From contig CM059453.1 in NCBI GenBank assembly GCA_030390025.1, forward strand, positions 6,014,001 through 6,078,000: a stretch of 64,000 bases of DNA. The letters are read 5' to 3'. Position 1 is the stretch's first letter, and every line of letters begins with the position of its first letter. A model generated the notes under the pieces. That model searched no databases. It had not been told where the DNA came from and was given only the letters and a program-made list of their open reading frames with translations. The DNA is from Squalus acanthias. Taxonomy: Eukaryota. Positions 63,257 to 64,000 of the stretch are shown piece after piece. The position numbers and the translations under genes are program-made.

Positions 63257-64000
63257 GTATGTGTGATTCCTAATTACATAGAATGGAGTTTTAAAGGTGA
63301 CCCTGTATCAGAAAATCCGTGTATCAAAAACTTGTTTAAATTAATCTTCTATGAGTACAGTGTGCATCTGCCTAAACCGGTGCGTAAAGTAGGAGGGTCA
63401 ATCATCCGTGACCAGTGGGTCGCATCTCCTGGATTCAACTACAGAGTAATATTAGTGGTTGCTTGAATGAGGCTGTCTGTGCATTCTTCCTGTTCCATTA
63501 TTGGGGTCTGTTTCCTTCTGTTTAAACTGGAATTGTTTGGACTTTTGAACGCTGGCGCGCTATGTGCCAGGGAACGTTTACCCCTCCCGTGTAATCTGGA
63601 TCAAGTTTGCACCATGATGAAAGAATGGGCTAGAATCCCTTTCCGTTTGTTTCTGCTGCTGGTTTTATGGGGCACCCTCACGCAAGCCTCCTTGCCATGT
63701 CTGACTCGCTGCATAATAGTACACCAGATTGATACTTAAGTTCTAACAATCAAGCGAGTCCAGGGAACAGTAAAACAACAAGCAAATATTAAAAGTAACG
63801 TGACACATACGTTTACAGTAGTTGTTAAGTTTGTTTAGCTCAAGGAGTACAACATTATATTTGAGAATTGGGTGTGACTGATGTGCTAAAGTATGATATT
63901 AGGGATTATTTATGTTGCACTTGTTATATTATTCTTACCAGTGACTTAAGCTATTTGGCCTGACTAGCTCTCTTTGAAAGCTCTAGATAGGCTCGCTGCT

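Overview
Eukaryotic vertebrate DNA, most likely a cartilaginous fish (shark), inferred from HER1/CR1-type LINEs, a tRNA-derived V-SINE (HE1-like) and Deu-SINE remnants. The window holds a + strand tandem cluster of Siglec-like (CD22/MAG/CD33-type) immunoglobulin-superfamily receptor genes with the layout leader, V-set, three C2-set domains, TM, an 88-bp cytoplasmic exon and a terminal exon. I rebuilt the exons by hand from splice sites and phases. Gene A (3' half, 211-6095) is an inhibitory type with three tyrosine motifs and a second, paralogous ITIM terminal exon at 12148-12321. Gene B (24930-32786) is intact (500 aa), with a different His/Glu-containing TM and a tyrosine-free tail whose old ITIM/ITSM survive as fossils behind a premature stop. 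Gene C (35601-36652) is only an intact leader plus V exon. Gene D (45542-53583) is a B-type copy with a frameshifted V, one deleted C2 exon and a lost donor. Gene E (56199 to beyond 63256) is an A-type copy with a frameshifted V. Segments 17203-38306 and 38307-58716 are about 21-kb tandem duplicates. All four V domains keep most Siglec framework hallmarks but lack the essential sialic-acid-binding Arg. Together this looks like a rapidly evolving, Arg-less, paired (inhibitory versus ITIM-less) Siglec-like receptor family with gene conversion and possible V-exon sharing. Most of the other supplied ORFs are retroelement fragments or noise. No database search was possible, so family names come from recalled motifs.
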